Below are positions 26,401-34,700 of a stretch of 64,000 bases of DNA, in pieces. The number at the start of each line of letters is the position of its first letter. The first letter of the stretch is position 1. The translations under genes and the position numbers were made by a program. The notes under the pieces were generated by a model. That model saw only the letters and a list, made by a program, of their open reading frames with translations, did no database searches and was not told where the DNA came from. Source of the DNA: Saprospiraceae bacterium (GTDB lineage Bacteria > Bacteroidota > Bacteroidia > Chitinophagales > Saprospiraceae); contig DATGWL010000042.1 in the NCBI GenBank assembly GCA_035299505.1, positions 791 through 64,790 on the forward strand, given 5' to 3'.

Positions 26401-28012
26401 GCCTGTGCCTACCGGCGAGACGCGCCAGATCTGCGCCGGCGATTCTACCCTGGTATTTGGCGCTTATGTACAAACTGCCGGGGTCTATCCGCAAACCTTC
26501 AGCAGTGTGAACGGTTGCGATTCGGTGCATACAATCACGGTACAATTGTTACCCTTGCCCGCGCCTACCGGCGAGACGCGCCAGATCTGTGCGGGCGATT
26601 CTACCCTGGTATTTGGCGCTTACGTACAAACTGCCGGGGTCTATCCGCAAACCTTCAGCAGCGCCAGTGGCTGCGATTCGGTGCATACAATCACGGTACA
26701 ATTGTTACCCACGTCTGTGCCCACCGACGAGACGCGGCAAATCTGTGCGGGCGATTCTACCCTGGTATTCGGCGCTTATGTACAAACTGCCGGGGTCTAT
26801 CCGCAAACCTTCAGCAGCGCCAGTGGCTGCGATTCGGTGCATACAATCACGGTACTATTGTTACCCACGCCTGTGCCCACCGGCGAGACGCGGCAGATTT
26901 GTGCGGGCGATTCCACCCTGGTATTTGGCGCTTATGTAAAAACTGCCGGAACCTATCCCCAAACCTTCAGCAGCGTGAACGGTTGCGATTCGGTGCATAC
27001 AATCACGGTACTGTTGTTACCCACGCCTGTGCCCACCGGCGAGACGCGGCAGATTTGTGCGGGCGATTCCACCCTGGTGTTTGGCGCTTATGTAAAAATC
27101 GCCGGCGACTATCCGCAAACCTTCAGCAGTGTGAACGGTTGCGATTCGGTGCATACAATCACGGTACAATTGTTACCCACGCCTGCGCCTACCAGCGAGA
27201 CGCGCCAGATCTGTGCGGGCGATTCCACCCTGGTGTTTGGCACGTATGTACAAACGGCCGGGGTGTACAGTCAGCTGTTCAGCAATGCACAAGGATGCGA
27301 TTCCACGCACAGCATCACAGTGGCGTTATTGGCAGAATGGGAGCGGCATGATTCGTTGTTGCTCTGCGCTGGCGATTCCGTATTGGTGCAAGGGCAATGG
27401 ATTGCAGCGCCAGGCGCCTATCCGTTTTTGTTGCCCGCCTTAAATGGCTGCGACACCCTTTGGCTGGTGAACATACAGGAAATTCAGTCTACGGCGCCGG
27501 TTTGGCAAATCCAGCAACCCAATGCCAACCAATCCACCGGAACCCTGCAAATAACCGGCCCGGCGGGAGCCACCTATAGTCTGGACGGGCTGCAATATTC
27601 ATCCGCTACGGAGTTTCAGGGCTTGTTGCCCGGACAATACCGCTTGTATCAGCAGGAGCAAGGCTGTATTACACAATATCCGTTCGAGGTGTTGGCCTGG
27701 CAGGAGGAGCAGTCGGACGGGGTGTATGCGCCCAACATATTCGCTCCGGACGCCGGGGGCGACAATGCCCGATTTACCTTGTTCACCGGCCAGGCGGGTC
27801 AACGCAGCATCTTGTGGTTGCAGGTGTACGATCGTTGGGGATCTTTGGTGTTTTCCGGAGAAAACATTGCCTTTAATGCACCTGCCAGCGGCTGGGACGG
27901 ACTTGTTCAGGGTAAAAATGCCGCTCCGGGTGTGTATTTCTGGCAAGCCATGATTTTACAGGAGAACGGAGCACAGGAATTGTTCAAAGGAGATTTGACA
28001 CTAATTCGATAG
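23456..28012 (+). CDS. Very large secreted protein: FG-GAP/VCBS-like repeats, an array of 52-aa Cys-containing repeats, and a gliding-motility-associated (CHU_C, T9SS type-B) C-terminal domain
   Basis: Signal peptide MRTYLILILISISAFLAAQ. Calcium-binding-type loops DLDRNGVPELII, DFDGDGISEIYAG, DLNLDGILEVAV, DVDGDGLTEILAYD. Nine near-identical ETRQICAGDSTLVFGAYVQTAG.YPQTFSS..GCDSVHTITVQLLP units. C-terminus YAPNIFAPDAGGDNARFTLF...GVYFWQA...GDLTLIR. Confidence 0.85.
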   Translation: MRTYLILILISISAFLAAQTTENCSNGLDDDADGLIDCYDVADCPCASVHDCTLEKTRLPRNLELKWSHSSVIANQRTPIVGNLNPWVDDIPEIILTITFNSMGNEWIEIMSGDGSNSATPDKLFVGVNNIGLYQIPFIADLDRNGVPELIITGTDKKIKVFTQYTPGANPPMQLWMESVDTVASATYLSYPADFDGDGISEIYAGNEVFGLDFSNPAAPALKLLAKGTGPNGSIIGRLTSPIAADLLDPADCNGDPDCAGLELAAGFGIYSVDIDPNDGDGMELKLQRDINNTSGQNFGDGYTAVADLNLDGILEVAVTGTRNQQLGVYVWNKTGFWRFFSMGFNSLGTWDGMGACSVHNVFDDRTQGFAEDWPEILVRYDKRVRCFSLHAQMANAGAPFWWSSDGLLIDDPSGKGAPTCFDFDNNGLAEVLIQDETKLYMLYGGSAPFPPGVGANRVITSFPARGNTHLESPVVADVDGDGLTEILAYDFTIINNVGMSTQLVLTPQNPDYSHWLPARKVWNQYNYFPAGINDDLTVPAVQQNSALEWPGPGSGKRPLNIFLSQIPAYFHPDGDPYTPSADLTVEVESAICMLPQFQVTLRICNQGEMPSADTTKVRFYRGGNPFVVPTSNSFGGIFTVSTQAIPPDSCFTYTLNLPVASGNIYAVLNDWGNFPTPLPGGDTLFYRQECDLANNVDVFTMNLSNGLPLSLGPDRVYCAGNTLTLSATPGFNTYLWQNGATAASIQVGAPGLYWVEARDLCFNIRRDTVLLTPGESFQTIQATACAGTFFTYNAQNIPAGDTQQFTFTNALGCDSIVTVVVDLLPQDTLAETRQICAGDSTLVFGAYVQTAGQYSQTFTNQFGCDSLYLIEVQVTTAVPPTGETRQICAGDSTLVFGSYVQAAGAYPQTFSSVSGCDSVHTITVQLLPTPLPTGETRQICPGDSTLVFGAYVKTAGAYPQTFSSTSGCDSVHTITVQLLPAPVPTGETRQICAGDSTLVFGAYVQTAGVYPQTFSSVNGCDSVHTITVQLLPLPAPTGETRQICAGDSTLVFGAYVQTAGVYPQTFSSASGCDSVHTITVQLLPTSVPTDETRQICAGDSTLVFGAYVQTAGVYPQTFSSASGCDSVHTITVLLLPTPVPTGETRQICAGDSTLVFGAYVKTAGTYPQTFSSVNGCDSVHTITVLLLPTPVPTGETRQICAGDSTLVFGAYVKIAGDYPQTFSSVNGCDSVHTITVQLLPTPAPTSETRQICAGDSTLVFGTYVQTAGVYSQLFSNAQGCDSTHSITVALLAEWERHDSLLLCAGDSVLVQGQWIAAPGAYPFLLPALNGCDTLWLVNIQEIQSTAPVWQIQQPNANQSTGTLQITGPAGATYSLDGLQYSSATEFQGLLPGQYRLYQQEQGCITQYPFEVLAWQEEQSDGVYAPNIFAPDAGGDNARFTLFTGQAGQRSILWLQVYDRWGSLVFSGENIAFNAPASGWDGLVQGKNAAPGVYFWQAMILQENGAQELFKGDLTLIR
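25949..27352 (+). repeat. Nine in-frame tandem repeats of 156 bp (52 aa) inside the 23456..28012 gene, flanked by one degenerate unit on each side
   Basis: Unit starts recur every 156 nt from 25949 (gaaacccgccaaatttgtgccggcgattcc, gaaacgcgccagatctgcgccggcgattcc, and so on). The nucleotide similarity is high enough that a 462-aa alternative-frame ORF (25963..27351) stays open. Confidence 0.9.
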
Positions 28013-28047
28013 TGAGCGTCTCACTTAGAGTGAGACGCTCACTATCG
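28007..28047. repeat. Perfect 19-bp-stem palindrome overlapping the stop codon of the large gene (copy 1 of the twin palindromes)
   Basis: cgatagtgagcgtctcact-tag-agtgagacgctcactatcg. The 29-nt core tgagcgtctcacttagagtgagacgctca is identical at 28183-28211. Confidence 0.9.
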
Positions 28048-28081
28048 AACGGTAGGAAAGGATCTTTTTTCCCATGCGAGT

Positions 28082-28118
28082 AGCCGCCTTCCAAAAGTGG
28101 GAGGCGGCTTGATTTTTT
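28082..28118 (+). terminator. Rho-independent terminator of the 23456..28012 gene
   Basis: agccgccttcc (28082-28092), loop aaaagt, gggaggcggct (28099-28109), followed by tgatttttta. Confidence 0.7.
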
Positions 28119-28178
28119 ATTACATGATTGAGGAGTACATGAGTACATGATTGAAGAAGGGGGTGTTCGGCCGGGCTT

Positions 28179-28215
28179 ATATTGAGCGTCTCACTTAGAG
28201 TGAGACGCTCAATAT
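28179..28215. repeat. Perfect 17-bp-stem palindrome (copy 2 of the twin palindromes)
   Basis: atattgagcgtctcact-tag-agtgagacgctcaatat. It sits at the apex of a longer inverted repeat (28121-28163 versus 28241-28278). Confidence 0.9.
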
Positions 28216-28278
28216 AGCTTGCTTAACCCAAACGCAACGCCCCCTTCTACCCTCATGTACTCTTCAATCATGTACTCA

Positions 28279-29496
28279 TCAGTCTTCCCGGCTGCCATCA
28301 TCTGCCATGCGCACCATTTTGGGCGAGAAACGGGCGATAACATCCACCAGATCGCGTTGGGCATCCATTACGGCGTGGATATTTTTATAGGCCATTGGTG
28401 CTTCGTCGAGGCCGCCGCCGATGAGGCTAACGCCTACCTGTTGCAGTATTTCCTGCAGTTCTTTTTTATGGATATTTTTAATGGCCTGGGTGCGACTCAT
28501 TTGTCGGCCGGCGCCGTGGGAGGCAGAGTGCAGGGAGGAGGCCTCGCCCCGGCCGCGCACCAGAAAGCCTGGGGCGGTCATAGAGCCCGGAATAATGCCC
28601 ATCACGCCTTTCCCGGCAGGAGTGGCGCCTTTGCGGTGCACGATCAGTTCCTCCCCGTTCAGTATTTCTTTCCAGGCAAAATTGTGGTGGTTTTCCACCC
28701 GGGTCAGCACCGTTCCGCCAATGGCTTTGGTCAGTTTCCGGTGTATCACATCGTGGCAGGCAGATGCATAGTCGCCAGCCAGGTTCATGGCCATCCAGTA
28801 TTCCTGACCGGCCTCAGTGTCCAGGTCCAGATAAGCCAGATTGGCGGCAAAGGAAGGCAGTGGACAGTGTGTTTTGGCCAGTTTGGTGTAATGCCCGGCG
28901 ATAGTGGCGCCCAGACCGCGGGAGCCGGAATGCGTGAGCAGGGCCAGATATCGACCCTTTTCAACGCCCAAAACAGGGTCAGATTCCGGAAAATCAATAA
29001 TGCCCCATTCCACAAAATGATTGCCGCCGCCGGAGGAGCCCAGTTGTTCAAAAGCTTTGTCTTTGAGTCCGCGCAAAAGTTTGTTCATGCCAAACTCCTT
29101 TCGGTCCAGCACCTGATGATACGCCCGGTCCTTGCCGGAGAATCCTTTACCAGCGCCAAATGTGGTGTGCGACATGAGTTCGCGTTTGTACAACGAACGT
29201 CGTTCCAGAAAATGGTCCTCCGGAATATCATACACGGTGAGCGCCATCCGGCAACCAATATCCACCCCAACGCCATATGGAATTACCGCATTGCGCGTGG
29301 CCAGTACCCCGCCAATGGGCAATCCGTAACCTTGGTGCGCATCAGGCATGAGCGCACCGGCCACCGTTACCGGCAATTGCATGGCAGTGTTCATTTGGTT
29401 AAGCGCGCCTTCTTCAATGCCGTCTTTACCAAAAATGGCGTATTCCAGCGCGCTTTCCCGTAGAGAAACAGGTGCAGGATTTGAATCTGATTTCAT
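28279..29496 (-). CDS. rtcB: RNA ligase RtcB, copy 2 (short N-terminus)
   Basis: Track ORF 28279..29565, trimmed to ATG 29496 (MKSDSNPAPVSL...). It has the same RtcB motif set as copy 1 (ALMPDAHQGYGLPIGGV, GGGNHFVEWG, HSGSRGLG, NHHNFAW, HGAGRQMSR). By eye it is about 80 percent identical to copy 1 over the shared region, with the identical C-terminus KMVRMADDGSRED. Confidence 0.93.
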   Translation of the reverse strand: MKSDSNPAPVSLRESALEYAIFGKDGIEEGALNQMNTAMQLPVTVAGALMPDAHQGYGLPIGGVLATRNAVIPYGVGVDIGCRMALTVYDIPEDHFLERRSLYKRELMSHTTFGAGKGFSGKDRAYHQVLDRKEFGMNKLLRGLKDKAFEQLGSSGGGNHFVEWGIIDFPESDPVLGVEKGRYLALLTHSGSRGLGATIAGHYTKLAKTHCPLPSFAANLAYLDLDTEAGQEYWMAMNLAGDYASACHDVIHRKLTKAIGGTVLTRVENHHNFAWKEILNGEELIVHRKGATPAGKGVMGIIPGSMTAPGFLVRGRGEASSLHSASHGAGRQMSRTQAIKNIHKKELQEILQQVGVSLIGGGLDEAPMAYKNIHAVMDAQRDLVDVIARFSPKMVRMADDGSRED

Positions 29497-29674
29497 AAAT
29501 GGATTTGTCCTTAACCTGAAAAAGTAACGTAAAGTTCCAGCCCGGAAAGAAGAAAGCGCTGGCAAATGAAACCTGTAATATACGGGCTCATCCGCCGAAA
29601 CATACCACTCATCCTATTCTATTTGCCCAGCCAGTTTGCCCGCCTGCACCTTTCAGGTTCAAATTAACGACTTT

Positions 29675-30223
29675 ATGAACCAGCAAATAACCCCGTTGAC
29701 GCCCCTGCGTCATTTTCAAAACCCGGTGACCGGTCATCATTTTGACATTTTACAGGATGCCGACTCAACTCATGGCGCTTTGTTGGATATGGAAGTAACC
29801 TATCCGCCACAATCTGTAGAACCGCCAACCCATTATCATCCATTCCAAACGGAGCATTTTACCATTTTGGATGGTGAAATGAGTATTCGGATAAATGGGC
29901 AATTGCGCGTGTATCAGGCGGGCGAAAGCATTGAAATGCCCCCCAATGTACACCACGCCATGTGGAACAGCGGACATACACCAACCCGAATGCACTGGCG
30001 TATTAGTCCGGCCTTGCAAAGTGAAGCCCTTTTTTACAGCCTGGCCACACTTGCAGGCGAGGGTAAAACAGACCAGCAAGGCAAACCGTCCCTGCTGTAT
30101 GCGGGCATACTTTTTCATCGCTTTTCCCGGGAGTTCCGACTCAGTAGTCCGCCTTATGTGGTTCAAAAATGGCTTTTCAAAACGCTTGCACACGCAGGCG
30201 CCTGGCTGGGCCTGAAAGTCTGA
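29675..30223 (+). CDS. Cupin-domain protein
   Basis: Track ORF trimmed to ATG 29675. Cupin motifs PTHYHPFQTEHFTILDGEM and GESIEMPPNVHHAMWNSG. Confidence 0.75.
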   Translation: MNQQITPLTPLRHFQNPVTGHHFDILQDADSTHGALLDMEVTYPPQSVEPPTHYHPFQTEHFTILDGEMSIRINGQLRVYQAGESIEMPPNVHHAMWNSGHTPTRMHWRISPALQSEALFYSLATLAGEGKTDQQGKPSLLYAGILFHRFSREFRLSSPPYVVQKWLFKTLAHAGAWLGLKV

Positions 30224-30302
30224 TCCTTATTTCCTGACTCACCCGGTCCTGTGGTGAAGCGCCAGAGGACTACTCTTTTTCACTGAAAACAAAAACGCTA
30301 GT

Positions 30303-31283
30303 ATGAAAATGGTTTTTAAAATCCTGGGTTACACCACAGGTATGCTCCTGCTGCTCATGATCGGCAGTTTAACTTTTTTCCATCTGAAAGGAATTCCGGA
30401 ATACGAATACGCGCCTCCAGAGGCGATTGAACAATTAAAGGCGCCTACAGACAGCGCGCACATAGCCAGGGGGGCAGCAATTGGCGCCATGCACTGTGTA
30501 GCCTGCCACGCAGGACCAGACGGCAAACTCGTTGGGAAACCACTCAATGATCTGCCTGAAATGTTCGGAAAACTCAACAGCCTGAACATAACTCAGGATT
30601 CTATTCATGGAATCGGGGCCTGGACAGATGGCGAATTGTATTATTTCCTGCGCACCGGCATCCATAAAGATGGTTCTTGGTCGCCGCCGTTTATGCCCAA
30701 GTACAATTTGATGGCAGATGAAGACCTGAAATCGGTCATTGCCTGGTTGAGATCCAATGATTCAAGGGTTGCGCCAGATCAAAGAGAATACCCGCCTAAC
30801 CAGTATAATTTATTCGTAAAAACACTGGGCAACGTGTTGATCTCACCTCCACCATTGCCGGAGCAACCAATTCTGGTTCCCGAAACTTCCAACCGGGTGG
30901 CTTACGGAAAGTATGTGGCCGATGGCTTGAGTAATTGTTACATCTGCCATTCTGCCGATATGTTGAAAAACGACATACTGGTGCCGGAAAGGAGCGCCGG
31001 CTATTATGGGGGAGGAAATCCATTGCGTACGCCGGAGGGTATGGATATTTTTTCTGCCAATCTGACAATGGACCCTGAAACTGGCTTGGGTAACTGGAGC
31101 CGGCAGGAGTTTATAGAAGCCGTCCGGTTTGGAAAAAAGCGGAGTGGAGGAATGGTGTCACAGCCAATGTCGCCACATTCCATGTTGACTGATGATGAAG
31201 TAAGCGCCATTTTTGATTACCTGAAAACAGTGCCTGTTATTCACAATCCGGGCCTGAAGCCTCAGGCAAGCGTTCGGCAGTAA
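30303..31283 (+). CDS. Membrane-anchored dihaem c-type cytochrome
   Basis: N-terminal TM helix (GYTTGMLLLLMIGSLTFF) and two CxxCH motifs (CVACH, CYICH). Confidence 0.8.
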   Translation: MKMVFKILGYTTGMLLLLMIGSLTFFHLKGIPEYEYAPPEAIEQLKAPTDSAHIARGAAIGAMHCVACHAGPDGKLVGKPLNDLPEMFGKLNSLNITQDSIHGIGAWTDGELYYFLRTGIHKDGSWSPPFMPKYNLMADEDLKSVIAWLRSNDSRVAPDQREYPPNQYNLFVKTLGNVLISPPPLPEQPILVPETSNRVAYGKYVADGLSNCYICHSADMLKNDILVPERSAGYYGGGNPLRTPEGMDIFSANLTMDPETGLGNWSRQEFIEAVRFGKKRSGGMVSQPMSPHSMLTDDEVSAIFDYLKTVPVIHNPGLKPQASVRQ

Positions 31284-31466
31284 TCAGAGCTATTTTGAAC
31301 GGGTAACCCATGTTTTTTGTGTTTTGCACCAAATATCCAGCGCATTCAGGTTGCTAAAAATGGCTATTCATCCGTCGAATTTGTCAACTCATCCCCAAAC
31401 AATTGGCAACAGATGGCGCAGTACTTCACCTTTGCATCATCAATTAAAGCTAAAAAAAACAAAAAC

Positions 31467-31889
31467 ATGAAAGGCAATCTTCTGGCTACCCGCATTTTCC
31501 TGATTTTGCTGGCACTGGCAACCCTCAACATCGCCATCCAGGCTATTCTCGATCCACAGGCAATTTTCGACAATGTACAGGTGCAATTAGGCAACATCAC
31601 CGCCCGAAATTCTGTACGAGCCTTGTACGGCGGCGTGAACCTGGCATTCGGACTGTTCTGGCTTTACACCGCTTTCCGCCACCAAACCACCGGACTTATC
31701 CTCGCGCTTCTGTACACAGGCGGTTTCGCTGTAGGCCGTTTGTTGAGTGTGCTGATGGATGGAATGCCGGGCGAGTTTGCCATGCAATGGCTGGTTACTG
31801 AAACGGTTTTTGCCTTGCTCGCAGCCGGATTACTTTTCTGGAATGGCAAAGCTAATCAGTCAAATCACGCCTCATTAAAAATGGGTTGA
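31467..31889 (+). CDS. Small four-helix integral membrane protein (DUF4345-like)
   Basis: Track ORF 31317..31889, trimmed to ATG 31467 (MKGNLLATRIFLILLALATL...). Four hydrophobic segments. Confidence 0.6.
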   Translation: MKGNLLATRIFLILLALATLNIAIQAILDPQAIFDNVQVQLGNITARNSVRALYGGVNLAFGLFWLYTAFRHQTTGLILALLYTGGFAVGRLLSVLMDGMPGEFAMQWLVTETVFALLAAGLLFWNGKANQSNHASLKMG

Positions 31890-31986
31890 GGGTGGGTAGA
31901 ATTCTTCCAACAATCCATTTGCTAAAGCCCTGAAAACCTCCTTACATTGGCCCAATTTCTAATATTAAACAATCTGGCTTTTTCAC

Positions 31987-32586
31987 ATGAAACCCTATTT
32001 GATTGCCCTTACCGGGCTTGCGATTGCTGTAATCGCTGCACAATGCACCCCAAAAACCGAACCAGCTCCAGAGTCCGCTGCTGCCGCTACACCCAAAATG
32101 GATCCTGCTGCTCAAATCAAACGCGGTGAATATCTCGTAGGTATTGCCGGTTGCAACGACTGCCACACACCAAAGGTTATGACCGACAAAGGCCCGGCCC
32201 TCAACACCCAGCGCCTGTTGTCCGGACACATTGCCGAAGAGGTACTGCCGGCTATTACCGACAAAAAAATGATTGCGCCGGGTCAATGGGCCCTGTTCAA
32301 TTCCAGTCTGACGGCTGCTGTTGGTCCATGGGGCGTGTCGTTTGCTGCCAACCTTACACCAGACGACACTGGTTTGGGCAACTGGACCTACGAGCAGTTT
32401 GAAAAAGCACTCCGCGAGGGCAAATCCAAAGGTTTGGACGGCACGCGTCCGTTGTTGCCTCCCATGCCCTGGCAAAACACCGCACAGATGTCGGACGAAG
32501 ACATGCGCGCCATTTTTGCCTACCTGAAATCCATCCCTCCGGTGAAAAATGCAGTGCCAAACCCCATCCCTCCTACCAATATCTGA
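31987..32586 (+). CDS. c-type cytochrome lipoprotein
   Basis: Lipoprotein signal LAIAVIAAQC. One CxxCH motif (CNDCH). A distal PPMPW methionine-ligand-like motif. Confidence 0.75.
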   Translation: MKPYLIALTGLAIAVIAAQCTPKTEPAPESAAAATPKMDPAAQIKRGEYLVGIAGCNDCHTPKVMTDKGPALNTQRLLSGHIAEEVLPAITDKKMIAPGQWALFNSSLTAAVGPWGVSFAANLTPDDTGLGNWTYEQFEKALREGKSKGLDGTRPLLPPMPWQNTAQMSDEDMRAIFAYLKSIPPVKNAVPNPIPPTNI

Positions 32587-32676
32587 AAACAGCTCCCCAC
32601 GGTTGAGATGCGCTGAATAGCTGCATCTCAACCCGAAAGGGAAGAAAGTGCCAGACAACCAAAAGATTACAAAGCT

Positions 32677-33687
32677 ATGAAACACCTGACCCTATTGTTG
32701 GGGTGCATCGTTACTGTGTGCACCCAGGACAAGGTTTTGGCCCAGACGTTGGTGAATACCGATGTTGTACAATTGGTCAAAAACCTGCCGCCGCCGCCCG
32801 CCAATCTTCAGGAGGCTTATGTGAGGGTTTACCCTAATGATGCCACCTATCCGGAAACACGCCAGTTTTATCAGCCAAATTTCCATAAAATTGAGCAAGC
32901 CTACCAGGAAGGGCAGCAACTACTACAGGCATTTTACCTGAAAAATCCAACGGGAATGGTAGCATCCGCACAACCGGCTCCCGCCAACAGGGTATCTGCG
33001 CAACAGCAAAATGCTATGGATGCCGCTACCACCGAACTGGCTCAGAAAATGATGAGCGATCCGGCGTTTGCCCAGCAGTTTGCCCGCATGAGTGAACAGG
33101 AACAACAGGCCTACATCACTAAAGTGCTTTCTGATAAAGGGATTAAACCAGTGGCCGGCAAACCCAATGTGGACCAACGCCCTATGCCCGGGACGGACAT
33201 AGACTGGATGAGCCTTTGTCAGGATTACGCCAGCGCCTCCACCAGCCTGACGTCATGGAACCAACTCAGCGCGCTGCAGCAAAAATATGCCGGTGAACAT
33301 GCCGCCATCAACAGTCAAACCGATGCCGAGATCAAGCAGTTGCCCATGATTTCCTTTGGGGAATATGGCCACGATCATGATCCTGAAAAAGTAAAGGCCA
33401 TCCGGAAAAAAGGCATGGAAAAACACCGGAAGGCGGCAGACGCCATGATGAAAGAACTCAATCGGTTGTTTGCCCAAACCCGGGAAGAAACGCAAAAAAA
33501 TACTGCTCCGCTACAAAATGCCCTGCAGCAGGTGCAATACGGCAAAAGCTACGATTTCGGGATGCATTATCCGCTGGTGCTGCAAACCCAATGTCAGATG
33601 ATTGCAGCGGCTTCCACCCTGTTGGAAAACGAAATCAAGGCCATGGAAGAAGTAGCGCAATGGGAAAAAGAGGCGCGCCAGGAATGA
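32677..33687 (+). CDS. Secreted hypothetical protein, Q/A-rich and predicted helical
   Basis: Signal peptide MKHLTLLLGCIVTVCTQDKVLAQ. No family recognised. Confidence 0.6.
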   Translation: MKHLTLLLGCIVTVCTQDKVLAQTLVNTDVVQLVKNLPPPPANLQEAYVRVYPNDATYPETRQFYQPNFHKIEQAYQEGQQLLQAFYLKNPTGMVASAQPAPANRVSAQQQNAMDAATTELAQKMMSDPAFAQQFARMSEQEQQAYITKVLSDKGIKPVAGKPNVDQRPMPGTDIDWMSLCQDYASASTSLTSWNQLSALQQKYAGEHAAINSQTDAEIKQLPMISFGEYGHDHDPEKVKAIRKKGMEKHRKAADAMMKELNRLFAQTREETQKNTAPLQNALQQVQYGKSYDFGMHYPLVLQTQCQMIAAASTLLENEIKAMEEVAQWEKEARQE

Positions 33688-33722
33688 AACAACTTTGAAA
33701 ACAAGCTATCAAACAAAAACGC

Positions 33723-34283
33723 ATGTCAGCAATTTATGTGTCCCGGCGGACAGTAGAAAATCCGCTCATCAAGGACAAAGCCACTTTTCTGGAAACGGCT
33801 GCCGAAACAAACGGCGCCCGTACCCTGATCCGGATTGAGCTCGCCCCGGAAGGCGGGAACGACCTCCACTATCATAAATCGTTCGATGAAACCTTTACGG
33901 CCATTCAAGGGCGCCTGGGTATTCGGGTTGGTAAGGAAGTGCATATACTGGAAGAGGGTCAATCCATGACCGCAAAAGCGGGCCAGTTGCACTGTTTTTT
34001 CAACCCGTCCAAGGAAGAGACCATCTTGTTTGATGTGACGCTCAACCCTGGAAGCGAAGGATTTGAAACCACCATTTATGTAGCCTATGGCCTGGCTGCA
34101 GATGGATTGACCACCCGCAAGAGCGTACCTAAAAACCCGTATCACCTGGCCTTATTGCTGCATTGGGGAGATACCCAAATGCCTGGCCTGATGCGCTGGT
34201 TTGAACCGGTTTTCCGTTGGCTGGCCCGTGTGGCCATTCGGAAAGGTATTGACCGGGAACTTATAGCACGATATTGCCAATAG
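33723..34283 (+). CDS. Cupin-domain protein
   Basis: GGNDLHYHKSFDETFTAIQG and GQSMTAKAGQLHCFFNPS. Confidence 0.75.
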   Translation: MSAIYVSRRTVENPLIKDKATFLETAAETNGARTLIRIELAPEGGNDLHYHKSFDETFTAIQGRLGIRVGKEVHILEEGQSMTAKAGQLHCFFNPSKEETILFDVTLNPGSEGFETTIYVAYGLAADGLTTRKSVPKNPYHLALLLHWGDTQMPGLMRWFEPVFRWLARVAIRKGIDRELIARYCQ

Positions 34284-34379
34284 GCCGTTTTTCAATCAAC
34301 ACATTCTTACACATGAAAACCTTTGAAACCATGCTTTTGATCACCGGATTGATCGTCAGCGCAGCTGCTTTACGTGCAT

Positions 34380-34680
34380 ATTTTGTGGGTAGAGGGGTTG
34401 CCCGCAGATAGTGGGGTTTCCCGCTGAGAGGGGTTTCCCGCAGATTTTCGCAGATGAAACCGCAGATTTTCGCAGAAGGCGTTGGGTTTGGATTTTCCTC
34501 GTAGCCCAATGACTAAATAACCCCTAAATGACCCCTAAACGACCTAAATGACCACCAAATGACCACCAAATGACCACCAAATGACCCCAATGACCCCAAT
34601 GACCCCAATGACCCCAAATGACCCCAATGACCCCAATGACCCCAAATGCCCCCAAATACCCCAACCCTCATTTTCAAACG
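34380..34680. repeat. Word-repeat element: CGCAGATTTT words followed by about 20 AAATGACC(A/C)C words running toward the next start codon
   Basis: cccgcagattttcgcagatgaaaccgcagattttcgcag, then aaatgaccaccaaatgaccaccaaatgaccaccaaatgaccccaatgaccccaatgacccc... Confidence 0.85.
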
Positions 34681-34700
34681 TTTAAACAACTTCTTTAGCT

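Noticed and set aside
25963-27351. 462-aa alternative-frame ORF and 116-aa ORF (26589..26939) inside the adhesin repeats
   Set aside because: The frames stay open only because the same 156-bp unit is repeated nine times. The translations are R/C-rich and repetitive, and the main frame has coherent domain structure.
28011-28211. Inverted CGTCTC...GAGACG (type-IIS BsmBI/Esp3I-like) sites as a cloning scar or synthetic insert
   Set aside because: The sites are simply part of a natural-looking 29-nt palindrome embedded in native stop-codon and terminator context. There is no vector-like sequence around them.
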